Source: a virus
Strand: one strand, 5' to 3'
Length of the DNA stretch: 64,000 nt
Virus record (IMG/VR): IMGVR_UViG_3300013306_000001
Coordinates: 1-64,000 of that record
The notes under the pieces were generated by a model. That model searched no databases, was not told the origin of the DNA, and worked only from the letters and a program-made list of their open reading frames with translations. Shown here one piece after another: positions 1 through 9,356 of this stretch (position 1 is the first letter of the stretch; each line of letters begins with the position of its first letter). Made by a program: the position numbers and the translations under genes.

Positions 1-514
1 AAGAGCTTACGATCCAAAACTACACGAGAAATTTCCAACTTATGTGGGATGTAGTGTTCATGAACATTGGAGACGCTTCTCAAAATTCAAGCTATGGATG
101 GAAAATCAAAATTATGTAAACCTCTATTTAGATAAAGACATATTAATAGAAGGCAATAAAGAATACGGCCCCGAAACTTGTGCTTTCGTCCCAAAAGAAA
201 TTAACCAGTTACTGCATATAAAAAGTTCTAATAGAGACGTTCCAGTAGGTGTTTTTGTAAAAATAAGGGGTCAAAGCAAAAGGTATATTGCAACAATTTG
301 TGAAAATGGGCTTGGTCGGCACCTACAGTCCTTTGAGTGTGAAAAAGAGGCACATAAAGCTTGGCAGGAAGAGAAAGCAGATGTTATTGAGAGGACAGTC
401 AACAAATACGCTAAGACCTGCGAATTTAATACACAGGTGGCGGATGCGCTGATGTCAAGAGTATGGAAGCTAAGACTCCACGCGTTTTTAGGGGTAGAGA
501 CAAAAAATTTATAA
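1..514 (+). CDS. HNH-like homing endonuclease, 5'-truncated by window edge
   Basis: Motifs Y.GCSV.E.W..FS.F..W and LDKDIL..GNK.YGPETCAFVP.EIN are shared with 22889-23683 and 61399-62064. The reading frame continues upstream of 44. Confidence 0.75.
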   Translation, partial: RAYDPKLHEKFPTYVGCSVHEHWRRFSKFKLWMENQNYVNLYLDKDILIEGNKEYGPETCAFVPKEINQLLHIKSSNRDVPVGVFVKIRGQSKRYIATICENGLGRHLQSFECEKEAHKAWQEEKADVIERTVNKYAKTCEFNTQVADALMSRVWKLRLHAFLGVETKNL

Positions 515-520
515 AAATTG

Positions 521-549
521 TTGACAGTAGGTTTAGCCTATGCCAGAAT
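521..549 (+). promoter_or_regulatory. sigma70-type early promoter
   Basis: TTGACA-17-CAGAAT with extended -10 TG, followed by an A/C-rich leader and RBS. Confidence 0.7.
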
Positions 550-588
550 GAGTACAGATAAAACAAACCAAACACAGGAATCATAGCC

Positions 589-735
589 ATGACTTACTCG
601 ATTGTAGACATTCAAACCAAAACAGTGGTTGGTAAACCATATAATGATCGTGCAAGAGCCCGTAATCAGGCTAACAAGCTTGACTTGAAGTATGGAGCAG
701 TACGCTTCACTGTTCGTACAAACTACGCTTCGTAA
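589..735 (+). CDS. small early protein (48 aa, below ORF-track cutoff)
   Basis: AGGAA RBS, ATG at 589, MTYSIVDIQTKTVVGKPYNDRARARNQANKLDLKYGAVRFTVRTNYAS, directly after a promoter. Confidence 0.7.
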   Translation: MTYSIVDIQTKTVVGKPYNDRARARNQANKLDLKYGAVRFTVRTNYAS

Positions 736-759
736 CTTAAATAGATAAGGAGATTTAAA

Positions 760-1029
760 ATGACAGTAATTATTGATAGCGCTTTGAATGGTGGTACACA
801 GGTTGTTCACCGTTTTGATAACAACTTTGGTGCTAGTGTTGTGTGCCATGACTTCTCTTATGGTCGCGAAGAAGGCTTGAAAGAGCTTGCTGTGCTTAAG
901 TTTGGCACAGACGAATATAACTATGAACTGACGTATGACACTGAAATTACAGATGATGTTATTGGTGACTTGACAGACGGAGATGTAAACGATTTACTTG
1001 CTCGGATTGAAGCTCTTAAAGCTGAATAA
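760..1029 (+). CDS. hypothetical early protein
   Basis: AGGAG RBS, 89 aa ORF. Confidence 0.8.
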   Translation: MTVIIDSALNGGTQVVHRFDNNFGASVVCHDFSYGREEGLKELAVLKFGTDEYNYELTYDTEITDDVIGDLTDGDVNDLLARIEALKAE

Positions 1030-1045
1030 TTTTACCAGAAGCCTC

Positions 1046-1074
1046 TTGACACATTGAGAGGTTTCGATTAAGAT
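1046..1074 (+). promoter_or_regulatory. sigma70-type promoter overlapping a hairpin
   Basis: TTGACA-17-TAAGAT; inverted repeat AAGCCTCT/AGAGGTTT flanks the -35 box. Confidence 0.6.
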
Positions 1075-1131
1075 TATGCTTGTATCTAAGCAAACATAAG
1101 AAGTAAGACAAACAGACATTGGAGGGATGAT

Positions 1132-1422
1132 ATGAAATGTTCAATCGAAGACAAACGTAAAATACTCGACTCTGCCAACGGACGTATCTTTTCTTGTGTT
1201 TTTATAAAGAAAGACGGTAGTGTGCGTGAGATGACAGCTAAAACTTGGATGGAAAAAGCCTTTACGTATGGTTCCGCAAATGCACGAGCAAATACGGTGA
1301 CAGCACGTCCAGAATATTACACTGCTGCTGAGGTTGGTAGTGGCGAGTTTAGGAATATTAATTTGTCAAGCATGATTGAAGCTAAAGTGAATGGTGTTTG
1401 CTATAATTTTGGAGAAGAGTAA
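1132..1422 (+). CDS. WYL_2/Sm-like SH3 beta-barrel phage protein
   Basis: Pattern V.FIKKDGSVREMT...FRNINL typical of this phage family; GGAGG RBS. Confidence 0.5.
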   Translation: MKCSIEDKRKILDSANGRIFSCVFIKKDGSVREMTAKTWMEKAFTYGSANARANTVTARPEYYTAAEVGSGEFRNINLSSMIEAKVNGVCYNFGEE

Positions 1423-2123
1423 TGACCACCAACCAAACGATTGACGGCGTGTCTGTCAGCCTTACCGATGAGCAAGTAAAAGACCTGCTGCGCTTCCACG
1501 AAACCACCGAAGACGGCCAGGATTATGACGTATCGAAAGATGGCATGAAGGCGCTGGCACGCATTGGCGCTGTTCGCTGGTGCGGCGGTTCGCGCTACGA
1601 TTTCACGGATGTCGGCATTAAGCTGCGCGCCCTGCTGGATGCGCCCGCTGTTAACACTGATGTTCGCACGATCCTGCTTGACGTTACCCCTGGCTTTGAC
1701 GGCATGGGTCACGAGGTGTACGCCAGGTCTGTTGAAGATGTTGAGGACGCGTTGAGCAAACAGGGTGAGCGCATCGAAGAGCTGGAAATGGAGCTGCACA
1801 GGATCAAAGCCGCCCAGCCCCAGGGCGAGCCGGTGGCGTGGGAGTATCGAATGGTTAATAAGGGTGCCATTCTTTTTGATGATCTAGTACCGAGCGGGTG
1901 GCTTAGGTGCAGCCGAAAGCAGGCTGAAAATATGGTTAAACACCCTTGCACTGGAAGTTTTCTTTGTGTGGTCAGGCCGCTCTACGCCGAGCAGCCCGCG
2001 CCGGTAGCAGTGGTGATGCCGGAGCGCAAAACCGTTTCGGTCGGCGTTCTTTCTGAGTCCAATACGCATAACCAAGGCTGGAACGCCTGCCTCGACGAGC
2101 TGAAACGCCTCAACACAAAATAA
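1422..2123 (+). CDS. GC-rich temperate-phage-type accessory protein
   Basis: Visibly higher GC than flanks. Motifs AQPQGEPVAW, PLYAEQPAPVAVVMPER and GWNACLDE recall Pseudomonas prophage accessory proteins. Confidence 0.7.
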   Translation: MTTNQTIDGVSVSLTDEQVKDLLRFHETTEDGQDYDVSKDGMKALARIGAVRWCGGSRYDFTDVGIKLRALLDAPAVNTDVRTILLDVTPGFDGMGHEVYARSVEDVEDALSKQGERIEELEMELHRIKAAQPQGEPVAWEYRMVNKGAILFDDLVPSGWLRCSRKQAENMVKHPCTGSFLCVVRPLYAEQPAPVAVVMPERKTVSVGVLSESNTHNQGWNACLDELKRLNTK

Positions 2124-2127
2124 ACCC

Positions 2128-2155
2128 TTGACATCTCCTAAATCTATGCTAATAT
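2128..2155 (+). promoter_or_regulatory. sigma70-type promoter
   Basis: TTGACA-16-TAATAT with upstream TG. Confidence 0.6.
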
Positions 2156-2216
2156 CTACACAAAGGAGAAGGAAATAAGTCTTTCTCTGTTGATAACGTA
2201 GGTTTAGGAGGTTCTT

Positions 2217-2393
2217 GTGTCTGGTATTGCGCATTTGTTGCACTTTGTGATGTTAGTCCTAACTGGTGGCTTCTGGTTGCCTGTGTGGGTAGTTTGTGCA
2301 TTAGTCTGTGGAAGTGCTCGTAAGAAAGAAGAACGAGCTATGAAGAAAGAAGAGCTTGAACTATTGAGGCAGTTAGTAAAGGATAAAAAGTGA
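2217..2393 (+). CDS. small membrane protein (58 aa)
   Basis: AGGAGG RBS, GTG start, hydrophobic HLLHFVMLVLTGGFWLPVWVVC then a charged helix; stop overlaps the next ATG. Confidence 0.7.
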   Translation: MSGIAHLLHFVMLVLTGGFWLPVWVVCALVCGSARKKEERAMKKEELELLRQLVKDKK

Positions 2394-2650
2394 TGGATAA
2401 ACTATTAGATTTGATAGAACGTTTCCAAAACCTGAAAAATATTACAGGTACTACTAAATCTAGCAGCTATTCTGTACAGCTACACTTTGATCCTTGGTCT
2501 GACAGAGTTCAGATTGAGTTTGGTGGTTATGATGTCGGATGCTGGTCTAGACATGAATACCTAAACACCACCAAACAGAACCTTTTATTTGATATGGAAG
2601 CTAAGATTGTAGAAGCAGAATCGTTAGTGAAGGACATTGACCATCTATAA
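2393..2650 (+). CDS. hypothetical protein
   Basis: Translationally coupled (TGATG) ORF. Confidence 0.7.
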   Translation: MDKLLDLIERFQNLKNITGTTKSSSYSVQLHFDPWSDRVQIEFGGYDVGCWSRHEYLNTTKQNLLFDMEAKIVEAESLVKDIDHL

Positions 2651-2678
2651 AATAATCTGAAATTTTTCCAAATGGCCC

Positions 2679-2707
2679 TTGCGGCCCTTCTTTTGTTTGT
2701 GTAGAAT
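2679..2707 (+). promoter_or_regulatory. sigma70-type promoter
   Basis: TTGCGG-17-TAGAAT. Confidence 0.5.
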
Positions 2708-2743
2708 GACCCTAACGAAACAGAAAAGCTTTAGAGGTGTAAC

Positions 2744-3433
2744 ATGTGGGCTTCCAAAGGTAGATCAGGTTATGGTGACAGCACAATCGGTGGTGACTAC
2801 GATTCGTGGGATGGTGTGAGCCCTAATGGTCGTCAGTACAAGAATGAAGCCACTATGGAAACACGTAACCTGTCTGGCGCTGACTACTGGCATTATCGTA
2901 AACAGAATCGTCCTACAGAGGCTATCCCTGCACATCTTCATATGCTCAACAAAGATCGTGCCAACATTGATGCTTATGCTGATCCTGTTGAAACAACCAA
3001 ACGCAAAACCTCTGTCCCTTTGTCTGATAGAATTTTACCTCAGAAAAAGCGTCTGAACACCCTCCGTGATCAACTCATCGAACTCGAAAAAGAATACAAA
3101 ACCACAGACATGTCAATAGAAGAATATAGCACTCTTCGTGACATTTTGATGGTTAAGATCAATCGTGCAGAAGTGCTTTACAAGAAGGCTGTCAATGTAC
3201 GTCCAACACAGCCTCAAGAATCAATCGAAGAGGACGATTCACCGATAGAATCAGCCTATAAAATCAACGATAGCCATTCAGCTAACTCCGTATGTGGAGC
3301 TGGGATTATCGACGATTTGAGTGATGAAAATTGCCTGAAAGTATTTTTACAAAAGGCTTGCACAACAGCTAAAACTTTAGTAAAGTGGTGTCAACAGGCA
3401 AAAGCCTATTACCAAGAATTGAAAGAGGTGTAA
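2744..3433 (+). CDS. hypothetical protein with coiled-coil segment
   Basis: 229 aa ORF, GAGGTG RBS. Confidence 0.8.
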   Translation: MWASKGRSGYGDSTIGGDYDSWDGVSPNGRQYKNEATMETRNLSGADYWHYRKQNRPTEAIPAHLHMLNKDRANIDAYADPVETTKRKTSVPLSDRILPQKKRLNTLRDQLIELEKEYKTTDMSIEEYSTLRDILMVKINRAEVLYKKAVNVRPTQPQESIEEDDSPIESAYKINDSHSANSVCGAGIIDDLSDENCLKVFLQKACTTAKTLVKWCQQAKAYYQELKEV

Positions 3434-3434
3434 C

Positions 3435-3764
3435 ATGGACAAGTACCAAGCTTTGTTTGTACGAGCAATTAAAAGTAAATCTCCCGACTTTCGTGTTAAA
3501 CGTCTTTACTCTAAGTTTTACTGTTCACAGGTATCTGAAATCCACATCTGTCGAGTAGTAAGTAAAATCGTAGAAAATAACAACTTAATGTCTACTAAAG
3601 ATTGGATTGATGGACTTAACCCCAGTAATGGTTGGATGTACGGTATTGATGAGAATACAAGCTACTACGAACGCTGCAACAAGTTAATGTACAGCTTTAT
3701 TCGATTAACCGAAATCAGCAAGTTTGATAAATTTCCTCTACCGGCATTCTGGAGAAACAAATGA
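3435..3764 (+). CDS. hypothetical protein
   Basis: 109 aa ORF, GAGGTG RBS. Confidence 0.75.
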   Translation: MDKYQALFVRAIKSKSPDFRVKRLYSKFYCSQVSEIHICRVVSKIVENNNLMSTKDWIDGLNPSNGWMYGIDENTSYYERCNKLMYSFIRLTEISKFDKFPLPAFWRNK

Positions 3765-4347
3765 CAAACACACAAGCATTCACTAAAGCTTTCTCCTTGC
3801 TTGAGAACGGAATTAGGACTAAGCTGTATAAATCTAATGGAATGTGGGTTTGTGAGGAGATAAAGTGATCAAATTTAAGCTCACAATCCTATGTGTAATT
3901 CTTATAATTGGTCCTATATCTTTAGCTGTAATAGGTGTTGGCGTAAGTTTGTCACAGAGCAATTGTGTAATTGAAGTATCTAAAACCCACAATGTAATTG
4001 AAACTAAGGAACTTTGCAAATGAAACACATCCAACAATACGTTGAACAAACATCATTCCAGAAATTCGTTAAGACATCTAAGCGAGATGGTGTAGAAGAT
4101 TATAGTGATAAGACTAGTAAGCGCAATGGCTACAGCAAGCAACGAGAATTTAAACGAGATATGTGGAGTGTTGATTAATGGATGATAGTCTTAAAGTAGG
4201 ATTAGGGTTGGGTATTTTAATTCTTATATGCTTTGGTATGTTAGCTATTGGGGCCACTATTGAAAATACTAACAGGCTTAAGTGTTTAGAAACTGTATCA
4301 GCACACAAGAATAATGTCTCAGAAATAAAAGACATTTGTGGGGTTAG

Positions 4348-4674
4348 GTGATGAAATTCATTGAAAACAATACATACACTCTACAAACTGACAAGGGGCT
4401 TGCCCCGTATAACAGTGTCAAAGTAGTGTGTACTTATGTTGAGGATGGCGTAGCCTATTTCCATTCTAAGACTACCCAAGATGTGTGGAATGTTCCAACA
4501 GAGCTAGCCTATAAGCTTGTACTTAAGACACATAAACTCTATCAGTGGAACTATGCTTATATGTCCTGGGATTCTGTTGAGAACACATTGTCTGAAGAAA
4601 CAGCAGAGGATGTGTGGTCGAAACGAATGGGCTATCAAAGTTATTCATATGATGGAATGAATCAAGGAGATTGA
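4348..4674 (+). CDS. hypothetical protein
   Basis: 108 aa ORF in the co-oriented early cluster. Confidence 0.7.
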   Translation: MMKFIENNTYTLQTDKGLAPYNSVKVVCTYVEDGVAYFHSKTTQDVWNVPTELAYKLVLKTHKLYQWNYAYMSWDSVENTLSEETAEDVWSKRMGYQSYSYDGMNQGD

Positions 4675-4675
4675 T

Positions 4676-4939
4676 ATGGATGACATGGATAAAGGTATCT
4701 CTCTTGGACTGCTTTTAGGTGCATTCACACTGGTCGGTGGCATCTTCATGGCTTACATAACTCAGTCACCGGATGAGAAGTTTGTTAGAGATAAAGATAA
4801 TTCTTGTAAAGTGGTTCAGCAGCAAGACACAGACGAGAAAATCTATTGTGGTAAAGCTTGTTGGGTACCTGCTGTCATCAATACCTATCAATGTGCCAAT
4901 GGTAGAAGCTACACAATCACCGAGACAGATAGACGGTAA
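4676..4939 (+). CDS. membrane-anchored Cys-containing small protein
   Basis: N-terminal hydrophobic helix, 4 Cys; AGGAG RBS. Confidence 0.7.
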   Translation: MDDMDKGISLGLLLGAFTLVGGIFMAYITQSPDEKFVRDKDNSCKVVQQQDTDEKIYCGKACWVPAVINTYQCANGRSYTITETDRR

Positions 4940-4949
4940 GAATAATCTG

Positions 4950-4978
4950 TTGACAGCTTCCTAGGAACCCTCTAGAAT
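4950..4978 (+). promoter_or_regulatory. sigma70-type promoter
   Basis: TTGACA-17-TAGAAT. Confidence 0.7.
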
Positions 4979-5196
4979 TCACTTAGTAGAACGACATTCT
5001 CTAGGAACAATAGCCATGAACCAATTAAGAACCCCAATGTTTACAATGCTTGATGGTGAGGAAGTTGTTCTGTTCCAACCCTATTGGTATGCTGATACAC
5101 ATAAGCTGTTCTTAATGTTTAGTGAAGATTATGGGATGTATTGCCCAGTGGTTTTTGACTGATCCTTTTGTGTTTGATTAATCTGAGAGGTGTAGT

Positions 5197-5406
5197 ATGA
5201 AATATCCAATCAAGTGTTATGGACGTGTGTTCAATAATTCAACTGAGCTTCAAGATTACACAGACGGTTTAATTCTTTTCATGAAAAGTAAACCAAGCTT
5301 TGAGCTTATCAAGTTTGATTATCTGACTGTCAAACACTGCTACGATAATGGTGTTCTTAACCATCCAGATTACAAATACCTTATGAAAATCTGGCCTAAG
5401 GAATAA
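5197..5406 (+). CDS. hypothetical protein
   Basis: GAGGTG RBS, 69 aa. Confidence 0.7.
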   Translation: MKYPIKCYGRVFNNSTELQDYTDGLILFMKSKPSFELIKFDYLTVKHCYDNGVLNHPDYKYLMKIWPKE

Positions 5407-5409
5407 CCC

Positions 5410-5601
5410 ATGTACTCCCTAAAAGACATTGTACGAATCAATGACATCCTATCTGAATATCATGGTGTTAAATGTGTTGTTGTGAAGGTAGGATCTGGCA
5501 ATCCTCCGAAGTACTATGATGTAGAGACACTGAACACAAAGACTCGGATTCGAGTGGTACAAGAGCAGATTATTGGGAGTGTTAAAAATAAATCAAAATA
5601 G
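5410..5601 (+). CDS. small KOW/SH3-like protein
   Basis: YSLKDIVRI...G.K.VVV.V pattern, 63 aa. Confidence 0.55.
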   Translation: MYSLKDIVRINDILSEYHGVKCVVVKVGSGNPPKYYDVETLNTKTRIRVVQEQIIGSVKNKSK

Positions 5602-5604
5602 TTG

Positions 5605-5633
5605 TTGACAGCTATGTGTAGGATTGAGATAAT
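5605..5633 (+). promoter_or_regulatory. sigma70-type promoter
   Basis: TTGACA-17-GATAAT with TG. Confidence 0.7.
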
Positions 5634-5668
5634 CATTACATCGAAACCAAACAACGGAGCAAGACGAG

Positions 5669-5857
5669 ATGACTAGCCTGACCTTTGAAACCGCAGTAAT
5701 GGCAATCTCTAAAGTAGCAGTGACTTATGAAGTTTCTGAATTAGAAGCCATTACTATTATGCAAGCTGCCGCTGCTAAAGCTAACGATGAAAAGTCTTTG
5801 GAAATTCTTTGTGATATAAAATCCACCTTGATTCTTAAACAATATGCTAAAGCATAG
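5669..5857 (+). CDS. hypothetical protein
   Basis: GGAG RBS, 62 aa, first gene after a promoter. Confidence 0.7.
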   Translation: MTSLTFETAVMAISKVAVTYEVSELEAITIMQAAAAKANDEKSLEILCDIKSTLILKQYAKA

Positions 5858-6101
5858 GACTTGGAATATGACTACTATAAAATTTAAAGAAATCAAACTG
5901 ACAGCCAGCAAAAGTGGAAAATGTGCTTTCTGTGGAAAACAAGCAAAAAGAACTCAGCACTTCTGGCAAACTGTCAACCCATTTAACAAAAATACAGATG
6001 GATCAGTTAAAACATCTGATGAAATAAAGAAAGAGATTAGTAAAGAAGCCGAACTTTGGAAAGATAGCCCTGTATATCATATCAAGTGTGAAAGTAATTA
6101 A
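5844..6101 (+). CDS. small Zn-finger-like protein (start may be 5868)
   Basis: CAFCGK...HIKC motif. Confidence 0.6.
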   Translation: MLKHRTWNMTTIKFKEIKLTASKSGKCAFCGKQAKRTQHFWQTVNPFNKNTDGSVKTSDEIKKEISKEAELWKDSPVYHIKCESN

Positions 6102-6288
6102 TTTACTGAAAACAATTGGAGAACAATCATGACACACAATAGAGAAGACATTACAGATTATGGAATCTTGTTTATCATTGGTTTTATTGCTTTGTGTGTG
6201 CTGCTATGATTGTGTCGAGAACATGTCTTAGCTGATGTGTTATCGTTTTCTTGTTTTGAAGACATGTGAAATAATTGAAAATATGTGG

Positions 6289-6317
6289 TTGACAAGGTTG
6301 TTTGTTGTGGCTATAAT
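6289..6317 (+). promoter_or_regulatory. consensus sigma70 promoter
   Basis: Perfect TTGACA-17-TATAAT. Confidence 0.85.
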
Positions 6318-6927
6318 TTAAGTATAGAAAGCAAACAGTAGATAGGAATTAAGATTATGACAAACCAAGAGAAAATAAAATATGTAAGCTTATTGACACT
6401 CGTTAGTGAAGATCTTGCCAAGGCATACTTGGAGGCTGAAGAGTGGCTTGTAGATGAAGCTGTATACACAATCAATGCTGAACGTAAGGACAGTATACTT
6501 GATGAATAGCATATGGTTGGCATGGTATCCTGTGAAGACGGTAAGTGGCTGCTGGGTATGGCTAAGGCCCGTCATTAAGGAATGGGATGAGTCACTTAAA
6601 CCTTGGTGTGATGCTTATACAGGCTACAGCGGAACAGACGGTGGTTGGAAATACTATTAACTAGAGGCTTCATAATAATGAATATCTATCGAGCTAAACT
6701 TCTTTACAATGAATTCGAATCATGCTCTGAAGGCTCTACTGTTCAAGAAGCTATTGACAGGGCATGGGTTGACAGCCATACGATCCAAGGTGCTGTTGAC
6801 TATTGGCACATAGCACTGATCGTATGGATACAAGGACTTGACAAAGTATGGAGAGTCTGTGAGGTTTGCCGTTTCCATGAGTACAAAGGTTGACGACGAA
6901 CGGTAGGTATTCTTTTTAAAATAAGTG

Positions 6928-6955
6928 TTGACTGCTTTTCTAGCTGCTGTATACT
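6928..6955 (+). promoter_or_regulatory. sigma70-type promoter
   Basis: TTGACT-16-TATACT. Confidence 0.65.
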
Positions 6956-6994
6956 GAACACAAGAAAGCAAAACAACCCAAAAGGAATACGAAA

Positions 6995-7213
6995 ATGAGC
7001 CTGATCAAAATCCAAGAGTACGCAGTAGCAGCTTTCAAAGTAGCTAAAGTTGCACACGTAGATGCTGGTAAGAAGATGTCTGATCGTGTAGAAGCTACTC
7101 GTAAATACTGGATCAAGTTTGCAATGGATAAGAAAGGCTACTCACTGGAATCGGCTACACTGATGATCAAAGATTCTGAAGACATGGCTGACTTGGAGAT
7201 GAATGCAATCTGA
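6995..7213 (+). CDS. hypothetical early protein
   Basis: AAGGA RBS, 72 aa, followed by a hairpin. Confidence 0.8.
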   Translation: MSLIKIQEYAVAAFKVAKVAHVDAGKKMSDRVEATRKYWIKFAMDKKGYSLESATLMIKDSEDMADLEMNAI

Positions 7214-7230
7214 ATACTAGCAGGATTTAA

Positions 7231-7256
7231 TAAGCCTCTCACATGAGAGGCTTAAT
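7231..7256 (+). terminator. hairpin, probable intrinsic terminator
   Basis: TAAGCCTCTC-ACAT-GAGAGGCTTA perfect stem. Confidence 0.6.
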
Positions 7257-7624
7257 GCTATTCTTAATATGACTTCAATCACTCTTCTAGATTCCTTTCC
7301 GGAATACTGTAAATTGTCCTCAATACCTTATAGAATCTAGTGTACACATGTACTCTTAAAGAGGTATAAGTTACTAAAGTAGCTAGTATAAGGTGGGTGA
7401 AAGTATGTTGAAAGATTAAGCATAGGCACAAACCCCTCTCAATTCCATCATCCCAATATATGAACACAATCATTTAGTACACTAAATATTAGCTTCTTTA
7501 CACTCTAGCTACAAATAATCCTGTACAAATCTCTTAAACAATGCTATATGAACACGATAGGTTTTCTCTACTGTTAGCCAAGAGTGTGATAGAAATCTTT
7601 GTTAGAGATTGTTGGAAATAAATG

Positions 7625-7652
7625 TAGACACCTATCTTCAAAGTGCTATACT
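7625..7652 (+). promoter_or_regulatory. sigma70-type promoter
   Basis: TAGACA-16-TATACT with TG. Confidence 0.6.
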
Positions 7653-7692
7653 AACTACACAGAAGCAAAACAACTTAGACAGGAATACAGAC

Positions 7693-7902
7693 ATGAAAAA
7701 GTTCTTTGCAGTGATGGTCAATGGTAAGGCTCACACTAAACAAGAAGTCACTTTGCAGATGTTCGAAGAACGTGGTTACAGTGTTAAGAAGTCTCGTGCC
7801 TATGGTGACTATGACGTCTTCACTAAGGACGGTATCAACAAAGTAGCAACTCTGTTTAGTAATCAAATTGAAGCTGTAGATTATCTTAATCAAGTAAAAT
7901 AA
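7693..7902 (+). CDS. hypothetical early protein (start 7693, not 7609)
   Basis: AGGAA RBS before ATG 7693; a promoter lies inside the longer track ORF. Confidence 0.7.
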   Translation: MKKFFAVMVNGKAHTKQEVTLQMFEERGYSVKKSRAYGDYDVFTKDGINKVATLFSNQIEAVDYLNQVK

Positions 7903-7988
7903 TACCCAACTATAGGAATACAGGCTAGTATTAGGACACTCTGGCAACGTTAGCTGTCTACCCATACACACTGTCAGCTAGATCAATA

Positions 7989-8013
7989 GCCCCTACAGAG
8001 AGGGGCTTTCTTA
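7989..8013 (+). terminator. intrinsic terminator ending the early + strand region
   Basis: AGCCCCT-ACAGAG-AGGGGCT followed by TTCTT. Confidence 0.7.
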
Positions 8014-8482
8014 TGCCTGTTGTTTAATTATCTTGTGCACTAAGTATTAGTATCTTAATAGACTCTTCACTAACATCCTTTGTGCAAGACATTGGTGTGT
8101 ACAGGTGTGTCCTGATTAGTCTCTATCAGGATAGCTTAGGTGATAGATTGTGTTAATGATTAGGAGAGACTATTGGACAGAGAGTGTTGATGAATTGTTT
8201 AGGATATTTTGATATTATGGTTGACATGGGGTTGACGGGGTGGTAGGCTGTTAAGCCCCTCAGATATAGAGACAGTAAATTCATAGACAACGCCCCTTAC
8301 AAATAAAGGCTTTCACATATTTCCAGACATAAAAATAGACACTTACTAATACAAGCTAAGTGTCTCTCAGAGGGGGTTGGGAAATTATACTGCCTAGAAC
8401 TTACTCTTATATTATATATGTCTATTTGCTCTGTCACATAATACGTGGCTTACAGACACTTTAAGGGATTTTGAAAATCCCT

Positions 8483-9127
8483 TTAGGTCATTTCTATATC
8501 TTCTCCATATTCGTAACTCAGACCAATAGCCACAGCCCATGCACTGTATCTACCTTTCCAGTAAAGCTTTGGGTGTACTTTAATCAAAGACTTCCATGCA
8601 CCGCCTAAGTCAAACCTGTCGTGGAGCAATTTGACAAGTCCTTTTTCTTCAAGTGATTTAAATACTCTACCTGCGTGTTTCTTACTCTTAAGCTTTAGTG
8701 CATCTTTGAAAGAGTCTTGCTCCACCACAGAGTAATTCCAAACAATAACATTCTCACACAGATATTTGAACAGCTTAGTTTCAGTTAAAGTGCAGTCTTC
8801 ATTCCACAAGAAATCCAGAAGGAAGCCATCATCACCTTTACGATGTCTAGTTTTATCCGAACACAGCCTGTGCAGCTCAGACAAATCTTTAGCTGTATCC
8901 GGATGATTCTTTGGGATTGAATACCCTTGCGTATAAAAGTCTCTAAACGTTGTATTGTTGTTCCACTCGTAATCCCATATTTCTATGTATTCATCTAGGG
9001 TAACTTTCTTATATATTTCACCTGTATGTTTATCAGTTACAAATACAAAATCCCCATCTCTGATATAGAGTATGGGGTAATTTGCTATGTCGTCTGCTAG
9101 ATATTCTTTTATGTAGTTTCTACCCAT
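8483..9127 (-). CDS. RepL-like winged-helix replication/DNA-binding protein
   Basis: N-terminal D..TGEI, central wHTH (TETKLFKYLCEN...RVFKSLEEKGLVK) and C-terminal VHPKLYWKG match the plasmid RepL family pattern. Confidence 0.5.
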   Translation of the reverse strand: MGRNYIKEYLADDIANYPILYIRDGDFVFVTDKHTGEIYKKVTLDEYIEIWDYEWNNNTTFRDFYTQGYSIPKNHPDTAKDLSELHRLCSDKTRHRKGDDGFLLDFLWNEDCTLTETKLFKYLCENVIVWNYSVVEQDSFKDALKLKSKKHAGRVFKSLEEKGLVKLLHDRFDLGGAWKSLIKVHPKLYWKGRYSAWAVAIGLSYEYGEDIEMT

Positions 9128-9356
9128 TGTGTATCCCGTTATCTTTTAGATATTCCATAAACCAAGCTCCTTCAAGAAATCCTTGAAAACGTAACTCTGT
9201 TTCTAGATTGTGGTAAATTGTATATGTCTTATCAAATTTAAGATCTGGTTCGGTGTATTCATGTAACATAAAATCCTCAAATCCCTTCCTTAGAAAGTTC
9301 ATTTGATAGTTGCTATCTTCTTCAATCCTATCTTCATACTTTACTCCTCCCATCAT
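9120..9356 (-). CDS. hypothetical protein
   Basis: Coupled between the SLOG and RepL-like genes. Confidence 0.65.
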   Translation of the reverse strand: MMGGVKYEDRIEEDSNYQMNFLRKGFEDFMLHEYTEPDLKFDKTYTIYHNLETELRFQGFLEGAWFMEYLKDNGIHNG

